In this document: piece by piece, positions 1-14,181 of the stretch
Numbering within the stretch: the first letter of the stretch is position 1
Layout of the letters: each line of letters opens with the position of its first letter
Source: Catajapyx aquilonaris
Lineage: Eukaryota
Direction: 5' to 3'
Assembly: GCA_000934665.2 (NCBI GenBank)
Contig: KZ538127.1
Span: 62,001-118,553, forward strand
DNA length: 56,553 nt
Program-made: the position numbers and the translations under genes
Notes under the pieces: model-generated
The model's input: the letters and a program-made list of their open reading frames with translations, nothing else
The model's database searches: none
What the model was told of the DNA's origin: nothing

Positions 1-696
1 TGTGTTTTTGTTACTTCTTGCAGTACAGTTAGCATTACTGATTTGTTCACAAGTTGTGAATTGGCCTATTTTGTGCTTCATTATTATTGAAGGTTATGCA
101 TATTTAAAACAGCTTTATTATAATTGTATTTGGTTATGCTACTACCACGTAACACATGCCGCACGCTCAATATTGACCTACAACCAGCGCCATTACAAGA
201 AGTACATGCCATATGCTATTCCAGCGGTCAAATCTGCTACCACTCTAGCCTTCAAAGATTATGACAAACCGGTAGAATTAATCAAACTCATTCTTCCGCA
301 CTAGACATACATGCGCAGTTCGCTGTGTACGTATGTATGGCGATTGCAACAGTCGACTCTGCAGAGGAAGTTAATTGATGCCTCCTTGAGAGACATGAAT
401 TATGGACATCCACCAGCCTTGCTTTATTGATAAAGCAATAATTGTCTTCTTCTTTTTTTAAAATACAAGCCCCGATTTCCCGCAAGCTCCTATCATAAAG
501 TACCTCTTACAAAATGTTGCAACTCATGCGGTGTACATTCCCCCAGAGTTCAGATCGCATTCTCAGACAGAATGAGCGGCTTTTCCTTTAGCAGGTGATT
601 CACGCACAGATGACCTTAAACAAGGTCACCTTCCCCTTACCCAATCCGAAACGGCCTTCATACTGCGAATCCAACCTGTTTTTCTTTTTAAACGTA

Positions 697-1321
697 CAAG
701 ATGGTCCAGCCCAACACAATCTATACGAGGGAGGGTAGGCCAGTGCAGAATACAAGCGCCAAAAATTCCTCTGTGATTACCCGCCTATGCCAAGGACCCT
801 CAAGTTAACTCCTACCTGTCAAAAAATTCTCCAGAGAAACGGCCATACAAATTTTTCAAATTTCTGGCTCAGATTATTATTCACGTCCCTGTCCACACTC
901 TTATCCCATGCAATCACGGCATGACTTGCCCAGACCGAAAACTTGGCTCCTAGTATATTATGCAGTTAAGAAAATAGACGCTCCATTCTTTTTTATTCCT
1001 GGCTATATTGGCAATGCTCTCTCTTTTTCGCGTACTTTCTTAACAGATCTCACCATGATTGCGGCGAGGGTGCCAAAAATCCACTATTTCCGCATGCTAC
1101 CATATCGATTGCTCTCCGACTACATCATGCGGAACCAGGGTCCGAGTCATAAGGAAATTACTATGAGAAATCCATGTAAGAGGACCCAGCACTTGACCAT
1201 TACGAGAGAGTCCATTTCCCACTCTGAACTATTCGTGCAAATACATACCAATCGAGTTTATTGCTTCATTCAATGAGAACCGGAATTAACAGGAGCCATA
1301 ATTACGAGTTGAAATACCCTG
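697..1321. mobile_element. Degenerate non-autonomous Tc1/mariner-type element (tentative)
   Basis: Left end TA|CAAGATGGTCC and right end GAAATACCCTG|TA resemble a decayed TA-flanked CAGGGT-type terminal inverted repeat pair. No transposase ORF. Confidence 0.3.
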
Positions 1322-3881
1322 TACTTTTTGCTGCTACTGGGTATGAGAAGTCATCATGCCAATTTTTGTTGCAAAACCCACGATCTGCCAGCATAATTTT
1401 GGAAGTCGGATTTCAGCACCACAACCCTACGACATAAGTTATGACAGCCTAAGTGATACTAAAAACGCTGTACATTCCCGACATATCTGTATCGTTGGCA
1501 GTCAGCGTGTCCTCTTTTCCCTCGTTGCCAACCCCTGCCCTTTGACATCGCCCGAATGATGAATATGCAATAAGTGTGACTTTTTCGGCTGCAGTCGGCC
1601 GTCTCTGTATAAGCGAATGGTGCCAAGGTGGTCCCTGGCAATGCTCCAGTCTCTGGTGGAAAAGAAAGGGTTCGGTATGGTCTGGGAAACCACACTCCCC
1701 TAAGAAGTTCCTTGCATTTTTTTTTTTTTTTCGTCAACATTTAAAAATCACTCATTCTCATACATACTGTAGACATCAAATTTAATGTGATGTCTACAAT
1801 ATGTCCTTGCTGTAGTGTGTTCGTATATACCTCGTGATGCAGTCCCATTTACCTGCATGCGCATAACTGTGCCAATCCGAAGGCGGAGTATCGGTACGGT
1901 CATTCACAATATTGTTTTTGGCACACCTCATTAGAGAACGCTTACAATGCAGGTTGGTATATTTACAACGATTTCAAGTGTTGTGTACAAATTACCCTGG
2001 GGGGGCCTCTCATGAGGAGATTGACATGCGGAGGTGGGGGCGGAAACACTTAGTAATTTGGCGTTCCCAGCAGTAGGGAAAATAATGTCAACTTGTTGTC
2101 AGTTTGCTTTCTGAGGAAATTACATATCATTCAACCTCAAAGTGGTTCGTAGAAATTGCGTGCGATCCCCATCAGAAACATATCTAACGCGTATGCATAT
2201 ATATTTTTAAATCAATGCCACTTTCTATGAAATGTACAGTACACTCCACAAACAATGACCAGCAGGTTATTTCTCTTCTAAAATCTAAAAGTTGCCCATG
2301 ACAAAATGTTCAAGTCCATATTTTCGTAGCATCGCCCAACAGACCAACAAGTCCCATATAAAAGATATGATAACATATCTTCCAAAGTTTCTCTGATTCA
2401 TGTTACAAGGCTGAAGCCCAATGTTCTGATGATATTTTAATAAGCGGTGAAAACTCTTCAATTGTGAAGAAAAAATGGAAATCCCGCGACCGCTAAAATT
2501 TATACAATAAAAAAGTGGCGTTAAAAAGCAAGACATGATCTCCTCTTTGTTGTCATTGTTTCTGAGTAGGTTGTCATTGTTTCTGAGTAGATTGTCAGGG
2601 TCTATAGTACGAGAATCATCGATACGTGAAGGCTGAGGTCGTTCATTCTCTGATTAGCCAGCTGAATGAAACATAATTATCAATGGTACATGGTCCAGTA
2701 GGTCGGCATCGGTACCTGAAGTGTCTCGTTACACCTTCTGACATACTATACATCACCAGTCATATCTGTGACTTGTCGTGCTGACAGATACTGAAAAGCT
2801 ACACTCATTATACCCAGCTGAAATCTTTACGATCATATCGACCCCCCTAATGGCCGTAAAAGACAGTGACCATTGTTCCCAGAATGTACAAGGTTTATGG
2901 ATGGTACATGTACTGTACTGTGCACACCTCTTGCATAACAGTCCATTTTTAAATTTCATTCGGTGAGACTACACTTGTCCGCATAGGATTTACCGCACAG
3001 TGCGATGTTTGTAAATTATTATTAACAGCATTTATTTTCGAATTTCAACAAGCCTAGAAAGGAACAGGTAGAAGTAATTTAGTCGAAATTATTGTAGAGA
3101 AGTTTCCTTGTCGGATATAAAATATAAATGTTGGGCCACGAATTAAGGCGAGATTGCGTGGTTTATAGTAAATCTAAAACAGGTGGTTGGTCCTTGTTAT
3201 TCGCTGTTTCGAAAATTACACCCAACCCACTCTACTCTGAAGTGTACAGTATATACCATCAAAGTACGAGTTTGTAGACACTTCTCGTGATCGAAATCCA
3301 ATAACCACGTCAAACGGAGTACTCTTCCGCCTATAGGGATAGCACACATTTTTCAAATGGGGGCTTTAAAAAATTATAACGAGATGAATAATTTAAAAAT
3401 TTTACCACCGCATCATGCTGCGAAACCAACTTGGGCTTGTCAACAAGCTGCCGCGTAATACAGTACACCACCTGCATCCTTTATTATTTCTCTCACACAC
3501 TGAATATGCACGAGCGAAAGTATTTTAAAATTCCAGTTAATCTCCGAAGCTTTAAAACTAATGGCTTTCATAAAAACATACTAATATTGAAATAAACGAA
3601 ACTATATTATATACCATCAAAATCCTTATACACTTTCTATAAACCTAATTGACATTAGCACATTACATTTTTAAGGGTTAGCTATCTAAGCAAAATCCAT
3701 ATTGTGGAACACGAAATGACTTCGACAGATCCGTTGACAGTAGATGTAAGTCAATATTGAATCCATGGAATTTTACTTCAAAAGTGAGCATGGTTCCTCA
3801 TCTGTCTGTCACAGGCTGAAGCATCACTTTTACAACATCTGGAATGTCTACAATGTCAACATCTTTCTTTTCAGGCCACAC

Positions 3882-4170
3882 CTAGTTTCCTTGATTATGA
3901 TGAGCAAAGCATAAGCCAGTGAACCCATCTACCTTTAATTTGTGAAAAATCATTTTCTCAATCTCATTCGCTGGAACTGTGTGAGACATCCATACCATGT
4001 TATCTACACTGTGTGTCGACCAGCATATTGATAATTTGTATTTTATGGCAGCTTCCCTGTGATGAATGGATTTTCTTTTGATTTCCCTAATGGCTTTCTC
4101 AAGTTCTTCTGCACTGCACTCGTTAGAGCAGATCCTCAGCATCCCTTCTTTTCGTAATTCCTGACGCCAC
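3882..4170 (-). mobile_element. Decayed pogo-like transposase N-terminus (HTH_psq DNA-binding domain)
   Basis: Minus strand reads GVRNYEKK, then a frameshift, then SAEELEKAIREIKRKSIHHREAAIKYKL...TVPANEIEKMI...GF. This matches the pogo-type pattern MxRNY-x-YSEEDLxKAIxAI...REAAKKY...PTVL..EE..L...GF. Not an intact ORF. Confidence 0.6.
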
Positions 4171-5379
4171 TCTATATGCTTCTATAACCGCAAAACATTC
4201 TCAGTCAATCCACCGGCATGAAAACAATAAGTGCAAAAACTGCGCCCTCAAAACACATGTAGCCTATTGCCCATACTTGAATACTTGATTGATATCCTAC
4301 GGTTTCGTTCAGGATTGCCTCTCGTTCAGGCTTACCCCCATTTCTGTATGAAATGTACAGTACTACAATTACATTTATATTGCACAAAGACTTCAAAAGC
4401 GAATGAAGGAAAAAAGAACAAATTTAAATTACAAAACACTTAAAATAAGCGTACTCAGAAAATGAATAACTTGTCCAACAGTCACACTTGAATCATATAT
4501 GTTCAGCAACCATAACTTATTCCAAGTGTTGCCATTTTTTAAAACCATTTGCGTGTTCCCAAACGATTTTTTTTTAAATTGAAAGATTCTTAGCAGCATT
4601 ATGAAGGAATGTGTAAGCTATACATTCGCATTTAAATTATTCTAATTTGGTTACACATGAACACACAGGGGAACATGAAAAGTTTCCCCCTTTTTAGTTC
4701 AGCATTAGAGCTACCCCGTGAGACCCAGAATTATCCTGTTTGACGTTAATAAAAGTTACAAAGCCGTGCAAGAGTAATTTTACAAAAGAAGGAAAGAAAT
4801 ATTACAATCCTGTCCCCAGTCAGTCTGTCTAGAAAGCAAACTCCGCAGCAGTTTATTTGCATAACTAAAAGTTTAAACACTATAAAAACTACAATGGAAA
4901 CACTCCGCAGTGCAGTGGATCATAACTTCTCAAATAACATAACTTCTCAACATAATTTTTGTTCATTTTTATCTCACCCTTTATATTTAAACCTATACAA
5001 CATTATTTGCTTCCAAACCTTGTTGCCACCTGTGCTCTAATTTCCTCATCATTAAACGTTTTATGCAACACGAACTACATAACTGGACATTAGTCCTCTG
5101 GTTCAAAGAAGGATTAGGTGTTTAACTTCTGATTAGATTACCTACGTGTCCCTGGCACCTTGTGAATGAAACTTGGCCTTCGATATAGCACACTATACAC
5201 GCAATAATACAGTTACAGGTACCATCACACTTCGTTGTTTGGCCACCTCTGCATAACTTTCATTTCGGTGTACCGAATCATGATCCAATAAGTCAAGGCC
5301 AAAGTCCAAGGTAACAAGGTGTCGTACTCACATGTCAATACCCGAGAAACGTTCTACACCCAGCAAATGCATAAGCCCC

Positions 5380-5870
5380 ATCCAGTTTTTAAAATATATA
5401 CAGTATACAACACACGCATTCGTTGCGATAAAAGTGCACTTACCGGATCTGAACGTAAATTAAAATGCCCTTCCCGTGATTACGTATATGTCTGCAAGGC
5501 AAATCCGTTCGGCAAAGATGGCAGCAAAAGATTTCCGACCAAACACATAACAATATTGCGCTGTATTCCCTCTAGAGGCAGTATTCAAATCGCAGTATTT
5601 CGTGAGGGGCAAATAGTCATCCCACATGTCCTTGGCATAAACCGGCTTGGATATGCGTGAACGAAGCTAACATCATGTCTTCCGCTCGGACACCGGATCT
5701 TCTATAACATATTTTGTCCACAACCATCATTGAAACCATTCTCTTGGCATCCACGAGAATGAATTTGTAATCCGCTACTTGATGAATTATTTTTTTAAAT
5801 GGGAAGTATAAAAAAAATGAGGTGACCATTTCCAGCGTCGATGCCAGCGCATGATTTCATTGTCCTCTGT
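5380..5870 (-). mobile_element. Heavily decayed PIF/Harbinger-like transposase remnant
   Basis: Minus-strand fragments across frames occur in the expected order: CAGIDAGNGH (cf. CIGAIDGKH), VADYKFILVD...NDG (cf. DADYKFIYVD..SDGG), WDDYLPLTKY (cf. GDEAFPL), NACVV (cf. ACCVLHN). Many stops and frameshifts. Confidence 0.45.
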
Positions 5871-8800
5871 TCTTCTGCGTAGAATATATTAATTTGCATA
5901 ATGCGAGGCAGGGTATGATGACACCCAGTGTCACCCCATGCTAAATAATTCTGCGCATTTAAATATCCTCCACTTCTTTTATGTGTTAATTTCCAACTCA
6001 GGATGGCAGCCAGCTAATAAGGAATTTTAAAAGGCCCATTCTTTTCCTCCAATGGCGTGACATAAATTCCAGTCCATATACATGCGGTATGAGGCAATCA
6101 CATGTCATGTCACATTTGTTCAGGCAAATCAAGGTCAGGGGAAGACAGAAGGCAACCTCCATGAGCAATAATAATTAAGCCACGTTACGATATATCCTCA
6201 GTTCCAGACTGCACCATTCTAGCTGGGGTGTGAAGGAAACGTGGCAGAGGATATCATATGTGCAAGGGGGGGACAAGGAAGTTGAGGTCAGATTATGACC
6301 GAGATGTGGTTTGGGGTGTGGCACGTATGGATGTCATTTAATAGTATTTAAAATATCAGTCAGAAACGACATGATGACATTTCAACAGATGAGTGTGCAA
6401 CGTCCATAACACGTGTCCTTCGTGTTCACATGCTGCCTACTGCTGTTACCAAGAACTGTCCCGCAGCTGCAGCCGTAATCCAGCTTGATCGCATTAATCA
6501 CATAATAACATCTCGTAATGCAGCATTGCTTTGAAACGTCGCCCATGGATGCGCCCAGTGAGGTCTTTACTAAGGCGACATATTAAAAAATGTCCAGAAA
6601 TGTCGTGAACATGTCAACCGAAGGGTGTTTTTGAATAGAAAAAAATATGCAGCAAAATAATTTCAACACATGGCAACAGTCAGGTACGGATATTTCATAC
6701 GCTATCATGTCTGTCAAAAATGTCATAAAAAATACCAAGTCTCCAAAAAGATTGACAAGACGTTGAATTTCGCTACAATGCAAAATCGTCTATTATTGCG
6801 CGATATAGTGCATGTAAAAAAAACGCCATGCAAAATATCTATGACAGTTTTTTCTCTCTCTTGGAAAGTCCCCTCATTTGTCGTCTTTCTAGCCTGTTCA
6901 ATTCCTGCCAATATCTTGCAATTGAATGATAAGAAACTGCGAAGAAATAAGAATCACACATACACACCCCCCACTTTAAAATTGAGATAAGTCGAGTGCT
7001 CTGCACTTACACCAGTTTAGATATAACATATCAGGAAGGGCGGTAAACATTTGAAGGGCGTGGTAGAAAAAGGTGATAACCCACGAAGTTGTAATTTTTC
7101 AGGAGTTTGCACTCTCTTCACAAATCATAGGGTATTCTTCTAGCCTGTGTCGCCGTGCATGATACGTGAACTTGGAGTATATACCAAACTGTTTGTCATG
7201 TCGTTTACATAGTTGCTAAGTGTTCAGGTCAAAAAATGACGGTTTTCACCATTTTCCACTTCACCCCGGTCATTTCTCGCCACCTTTGGCGCAGAACAGC
7301 CGACTAAATAAATGTCACCTATCACAAAAGTCGAGGTCACATTGTGAAAACATTAATTGCAAACTGCTGCGCGACGTACTGCACATGGGGTGATTAAATG
7401 AACCGTTACGCAATATTGTAACCGCCCGTAACTCATGAAATGCCCCCAGAATTACTGCACTACAGTACTACACCTGCCTCTATCAAAATGCATTGATACA
7501 GTTATAGCAAAATATTCTTGTAAAACTGCCCACAGACTTTGCGCACTGTTGCTAAGAACACTACCTCTGATTCATTCACTCTGTGACGTCGGTTACCATT
7601 ACGAAACTGAATAGTTCAGCAAGAGGAGGAGAAAACTATAGAGACAGAAAACTTGCACATAATATAGAGGTGAATAGGGAGTGAAGGACACTTCGGGTTA
7701 AGTCACTTGGAATTCTTTTTTGGCATAAAATTAGAGCAGTGGGAGGTATAAACTCGACAGTCACCATTCCTACCTGTTTGCCCAGCAGCCTTGGATCGTA
7801 TCCAAGGTATACAAATCACGCCTTTTTTTTTGCAGCCAGATGCAATCATCTAGGGTCAACGAAACTACTCCGAATGTCATTACACGGTTTCTAAACATAT
7901 CATTGCACATCTAGCTTCTTATTCTTTTTTAAAAAAAAAATCGCGAATCTGACCCAGTCAAGGTCTGTCATTGTCATGTCCAATTTTGCTTGCTCATCCT
8001 TCCAACCTTTCTCACGCAAATTACCCTATGTTGATTTCATCTACAATTAGATCAGTTACATAAATAGGGCAAAAATGTGGCAACGTCTACCCCACACTAA
8101 CCATCCCCAGGCAAAGATAAGAATAAAAGCTGCGTCTTGAGTACACAATGCTGGTAGCAAAATGTTACATAAAACAGTTTTGGACCACGTTTCTAACTAA
8201 TTATCCGAATGAAGAAATGGTGTGCGAAAGGAGAATGTCCACCAGAAAAATAAAAAAAATGAAAATGAAAGAAACTCGCTGTGTCCACACAAGGCTTACC
8301 CATTTTTCTGACCCAAGGTTTTCCTATTCGGTTTCCAAGTAGGCCAGGTTTGGTCACGAAATTCGGTTAAGGCTGACACACAGAGGGCGCTTGCCAATGC
8401 GATGGTCAGTCCAAGGGCGGACCCAGCTCTATTTAATTTCGGCACAAGAAAATACACAAGATTTGTTTCTGATCGGACTGTCACCTTTTTCAACCAAGGG
8501 TGCATTTAAATAAATAATAAAAATATCTGCGAATCTGCATGGCATTTGCAAATTCACAAAATAATCATGGTGGTAAAATTAACCTGTGATTACAACATGT
8601 GTCACTCTTGTATACAGCATGTCAAACGAAAAAAAAATCTGCCTGGAATCCACCTGCTCTACTGGTCCAGTCGATAGGTCCTATACATTTTACAGACACC
8701 GACGATCCCAAATAGAGTACAGTGGATTATTGAAAAGAGCATTGGTAATTGAAAAAAATTTGATATTCAAATGAGGGCGGGTCAGTTTTTCGCACTGCAT

Positions 8801-10473
8801 ATTATTACCGGTACAAGCCTTTTGGAAGCAACCAATCTGTGAAGCGGATAAACATGGCGGTGCATTCACAGAGGGGTTGCATTAGGATACAGACCTCTTG
8901 GTCAATGACCCCCATTCGCTACACCCAAAGCCTTGAGTCGTGATTGAAAGGCCCCTTTCTCATTCACACGTTCACTTCAACGATAGGCACTCAAAAGTAA
9001 ATGAACTAGAGCCAGGTACTGTGGGCAATGAAATAATATATTCTCTATGCCTAAAGCTACCTATTTATGATGGAATTAAAATTAATTTGCAACTGGCACT
9101 GGCTATGGACTACAAATGTGGAGGATGTCAATTAGCATGCCTATGCGCACAACTATAATAGTCTGCCAAAGATCTAATAAACTTCTTTTACACACTGGTG
9201 TTGAAAACCTGAACAGCCGGTTTCAACCAAAGTCACCAATATGTTCAACCAATGTACAATTAAGAATAATATTAAACATTGTCGCCAACAATTATCAGTA
9301 GCAGGTACAGTAGGCTCAAAATTACAAGTTATAAATGTTTAGATGTCAACAAAAACAACTAACAATCATAAATGAGAGTTCATAACAACACGGTAGTGTG
9401 CTGTGATAAAAATACATACGTTACATTTTGCAAATATCATGTTTTAATTTAACATTTATGTCATACATTCAAACTGCACGTAACTGAAGTGTGGATAATG
9501 AGAAAGCAAATAACCTGAGGGCGAATGTAATTTAGTACAGAAATCATCAACTACTGCAGTACCTGTGCTGATGCATTATTTGTAATCAGCAACAAAAGAC
9601 TAGTACATACAAGCAAATCAACGTTTAAAAAGTTGTTAGGATATATTTTCAGCTGGGAAAATGATGTTTGAATGACTTTGGTGCCACCAGTCAAGTTAAG
9701 GTTCACAATAGTTTCTCAAGAAATAAATTTTATAATCCAAATTGACAGCAATGACATTCAGGTCCCTTTGTCTGATTCGCATGTAACTTACTTCAAATCC
9801 CTGCATGGCTATCATACTGTGTCTTTGCCCTGAATGTAACAGCAAAAATAAGTAATGACACACTACTGCATCTTGCTTGTGCTTATTGTAATGTACACCT
9901 GTAGTTGTCCTAGTGTGGCAGGCCACTAGCAAGCTGATTTTAAAGTTATAAATAAATGCAATACGAAGCTAAACTGTGCCCTTCCTTAGTGGCAAAAGTG
10001 CAAATCCAACCTCCGACAACCGAATTCTCAAATTTATCCTGTATACAGTACCTATTTCTCAACAGCTTCACGTCACCCATATTGGCATCACTCCCAAGTC
10101 TAACTTGCCTACACTTTTCATTCAAAGATGACACCGAGATAACGCCATATTTTCCCCCTATACTATTCATCGCAAGCTGTCGCAAGTGCTAACCTGAATA
10201 TTAATATACGTATCCCTTTGTTTAAAAAAAATCAAGTTCTGTCGAACGGTGTACCATATGTCAATAAATAGATAATAAATAGACGAATGACCCTCAATAT
10301 TGGCATCTTTCGCTTCCATGCATGGTTTGTCATTATGATACTTTAGTGTCCGATGGACGTTGACTGAACATTGTCCGTTCTTCAGTCTCGGTGTATGGCT
10401 TGACAACTCATGGAACGTTTTTTCCATCAATCCCCAATCGACATGACTGTTCTAATGATTTTTGCATGCTCAC

Positions 10474-10636
10474 CGGGTGTGTCTCCCTGCGTCGGTGCAG
10501 GGGGATGCCTCTGCACCTGCCCTGGGCAGCTTGGAGGCGGCGAGGGCGGCTCGGGCCTTCCATGTTGTTCATACTGCTGTCCCCCACGTACGCTCCTGAT
10601 GAGCAGCACCAGCAGCAGGTAGCAGGGTAGCCTCAT
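10474..10636 (-). CDS. First coding exon of a secreted or membrane protein gene (signal peptide plus Pro-rich linker); remainder probably left of the window
   Basis: ATG at 10636. MRLPCYLLLVLLIRSVRG has a signal-peptide-like h-region and VRG cleavage site. GC-rich island ending in a phase-1 donor G|GTGAGC at 10473. No convincing downstream exon found in 1-10400. Confidence 0.65.
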
Positions 10637-10639
10637 CGG

Positions 10640-11083
10640 TGCCTCCTTCTTATCCTTGGGCCACTAGTCCCCATTCGCACTACACTTTAAACGCACCACC
10701 AATATTTTTATACACACGAAAAAAAGAAATCAAGAGTCAACTCTCCTTAAAAAGTTACCGACTCATTCCAACCCAAAGGGACCACTGGACAGTTCTGGAC
10801 AGGACGAGAATGATGCTGAGGGGGACACACACCAGGTCGAAGCTTGGAACGAACACTACTCCGTTATATTACGGAGGATGTCTCCAGATGGCGGGTCGGT
10901 CTGCTGCAGGTGGCGACACTGTGCAATTCACCTTTTTTTTTGTAAAAAAAAAAGTACTGTACGATTACTTGAAGTGTAATGTCACATTTCATGCCGTTAT
11001 GTAATAAGGGTGGGTTGGTACATTCTTTCGATTCACGTTCCGAAAGGTGACGGTTGGCAGCACTTTTTAGCAGACGATCCAAG
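10640..11083. promoter_or_regulatory. Divergent promoter and 5' UTR region between the signal-peptide gene and SRA1
   Basis: Two start codons face away from each other about 450 bp apart (10636 minus, 11084 plus). Promoter function is inferred from this arrangement. Confidence 0.5.
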
Positions 11084-12225
11084 ATGGCGGCGCACTCTAA
11101 CACAGGTTTTTTTGAGTTAATTCTAATTTCTTATTGAAGTGTATTTGCACGAATTTTTTGGTTGACATATTTGGAACAAAGACGGCCGGTTTTTAAGTGT
11201 ATTTGTACATGTAACTGGCAAGCAAAATTGGCTTCTAAATGTAATGTAATGCAAATGTCAAAGAGCAATAATGCATTGAAATTGAGTCATATTATTAATT
11301 CAATATGGAACAGCAACAGTGCATTGCCTGTAGATGTGTGCCATATGCTCATCCGGCACTTCAAAGTATTCATTAACCATATCCATTTATTACAGGGAAC
11401 AATGCTGTGGCCTGGAACGACCCGCCATTGTTTGCGTACGAAGCGTCGCCTGTTCCGAACAAGGCTGCTCCAGGTCTCAAGCTCACAAAACGGGTCCCGT
11501 TTCCACAGTCAAGCAATGCTGCTACTGCCGAGACTAGTCAGTCGGAGTCAGATCCTCAACCGATCCCTGGAACATCGCTTCTGCCGCCTCCCTTGTCAGC
11601 CACTCCGCCTTCAGCAGTTACGTTGCTCCCGCCTACACCTCCGACATCATCATTCCCACCGCCACTGACTCCAGTTTGTCCCCTGGTAGTTAATCCCGCA
11701 GACAGCACTTCTGAAGCGTCTGCCAATGACGAGTTTGATTCAGAAGAGGCATGGAATCTGATCAACACCGTGCTGGCTAGCCTGGTTGAGAAGTGCACGC
11801 CTACTTTAGAGGTAACACCGGAACCAAAACAATTCTCATGCGACTGTTACATCCTACACTTTCGTTACAGAAAAGGACACTGGAAGACGTGCAGAAAAAG
11901 CTCAACATTCTGGAAACCATGTGGAAAGACGGAAAGCTCAATCAAGATGTGCAGAAGAAAATGCAGCAGCTTTGTCAAGGTAAGCCCATTTGCCTCGTAG
12001 ATACCACGAGAATGTGTCGAGCAAAATTAACGGACAGACTGAAACCCAAAACTTTCTTCCTCCTCCGCAGCACTGTCGAGCAGCGACTTCGAGAATGCAA
12101 ACCACATCCACATGGGGCTCATGGTGGACCACGTCAGCATATGTAGCTCATGGATGGTGGGTGTCAAGCACTTGATTCACCAAGGAAAAGTTGCCGAGGT
12201 TACCAGCGACAAAGAACAAGAATAA
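11084..12225 (+). CDS. SRA1: Steroid receptor RNA activator 1 protein (SRAP), 4 exons, ~233 aa
   Basis: Exons 11084-11105, 11396-11811, 11871-11979, 12071-12225; all GT-AG and phase-compatible (702 nt). N-terminal GNxxxAWNDPP and KRVPFP motifs, Pro-rich middle, and C-terminal DVQKKLNILETMWKDGKL...IHMGLMVDHVSICSSWMVGVKHLI typical of SRA1. Confidence 0.92.
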
Positions 12226-12323
12226 AACCTTATTTTTCGTACTCCCATTTCCCCTCTGAAATTCACGATAATAAATATGCAAGGCAAGACTGTGTTTGTG
12301 TAACTTAAGAAAAAAAAAACACA

Positions 12324-12329
12324 TTTATT
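12324..12329 (-). terminator. Candidate AATAAA polyadenylation signal of the OTU gene (distal end of long 3' UTR)
   Basis: TTTATT on plus strand equals AATAAA on minus, followed on minus by GTGT and a U-rich tract. The intervening 12330-15874 lacks exons and is A/T-tract rich like a UTR. Confidence 0.45.
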
Positions 12330-14040
12330 TACCAATACATACATATCACAACACGAAGAGGAATACTATAGTGCTGAAGTACAAGGTGTTGAGCTGACTA
12401 CCTTTTTTTTTCCTTTGAAGTTTTTATATTTTCTTTCATTCTTTTTTTTAAAGGGATGTATTAATGATACAAGAAAAAGATGAAAAAACAAAACAAGAAC
12501 GTAATACATGAACTGGACACGGACGGATCATCAAAACCACTTTCAGACCAGATTTGCTCAACTGAGCAAATTCGTATTAAACATATCTCAAGTGATGACG
12601 AATGGGAGTGTGTAACTTTGAATATCGTCGGTGATCGTGCAAAACCTCGTATGTTCCATTGGTTTTTGCAGGAGATACGAGGTTTTGCATGATCACTGAC
12701 GATATGTGCCATGTGGGTGCCCACTTTTTTTAAATATCTACTTTATGTTGAAAATAGTGCTTTCTGATAACATTTTTCCATTTCAAAAAAATGGCAGGAA
12801 CAGTAACAGGTTGCAGCCCTTTTATTACATTTTAAAACATTGGTCCCCTGCGAGTCTCTCTTAAAAAAAAAATTTATGTTAGTACAAACTTGGCCGCTTT
12901 GATTAGTGGCTGTCAATCTAGCTCTAAAACTAGTTTTGAGCTGCCCTATTTGTGAAAAAATGCACGTTTAAACTTTGTTAAGTCACGGAATGTCACGTTT
13001 TCTCTCTTACTAGGAAAACGGAGCCATCTATGCCATCTTCCATGTAGCAAAATAGATAATCAAATGTCATGTCGCAAAATTCCTTTGCAAGCTACAAAAA
13101 TACTGGCAAAATCAAACCTCCGTTTGAAAAAAAAAAAAAAAAAAATAAGCATCCCTTTGGGGGGGAAATAGACTATATCAAGTTCATCGTTTAACCAACG
13201 TAGCACAGCCCATAAAATCCAAGGCCACGCTCCTTCCAAGTCGATTTGAAATCTCTCTCTAGGCCAACATTTTTTCTAACAGGTTAAATGCAATGTTCGT
13301 GAAAAGGAAGAACAGTGTATACAGGGAGGGTGGGGGATGGCAGGGGGGGGGGGAAAAAAAAGAGTTCACAGTCTAACAATAAACTACTGCTTATCGCGGT
13401 TGTCACTTAAAAATATATCCAGGCTATACAATAACATGGAACGTATATACAAGCTACATACTGTATATACACACCGTTAAAAGAAAGTGCCTGACTAATT
13501 CACCTGAAGTTCTTGCAGGGTGAGGCAGTGCCAGAGTAATTTTTTAAAAAAGTCTGACGATTAAATGAACAGCCCTTGCGCCAAAAGTTAATAATTCGCA
13601 GCACCACACCTTCCATTCCGGCCAATCCGACCTTACAATCAAGAATGTAATTGCCTGGAAGGGGGGCACGGCAATTCAGCTATAAACTTCGGCAACAGTT
13701 GTTTGCTCCGATTAGCAATGTAACTCGGCTAATGAGGCAGTCCTGATTCATACCAACACGCTCTGAACCAAATATTCGAAACCAAGATCGAGTTGCCCTG
13801 TGATGTCTGCCAGGTCTTTGTAAAAGTACTTTTTTTAAAAAATATCTCTTGAAATAATCCTACACATCGCATAGCAACTCGCCCTGGTTTCTGAGGTCTT
13901 ACTGTCCCAATATATCTTGTTAGGTTCAGAACGGGAGGTCAGATTATAATAAGACAATGGGTCAGGACTGTGTGAGGCCTCTACGCTGAACTACATCACC
14001 ATCGTAGCACGTATAAGATGGAGGGAAAAAGTGCTGATCG

Positions 14041-14181
14041 TCTAGTGTCTAGAGCGATCTAGGAGGTGCAATTAGTCAACCAATATGGGAGCAGTGATGT
14101 TTCTTTTTGACGTAGTTAGTTAGAACCATCACTGCTACCATGGTTGACTCGTTCCAACTTCTAGATTGCTCTATAATCTAG
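14041..14181. mobile_element. Degenerate hairpin MITE or inverted repeat in the probable OTU 3' UTR
   Basis: CTAGAGCGATCTAG...AGTCAACCA...AGCAGTGATG pairs with CATCACTGCT...TGGTTGACT...CTAGATTGCTCTA. Confidence 0.6.

Noticed and set aside
1850..2960. Possible decayed transposase
   Set aside because: Coding-like patches but no ordered diagnostic motifs I can support.
9946..10190. Second exon of the signal-peptide gene or piggyBac/LINE remnant (WRYLGVIFE)
   Set aside because: Phase-1 splicing gives an immediate stop, and the transposon similarity is one short motif.
11162..12146. Overlapping alternative-frame ORFs over SRA1
   Set aside because: Explained by SRA1 exons and short introns; non-ATG starts and no independent motifs.
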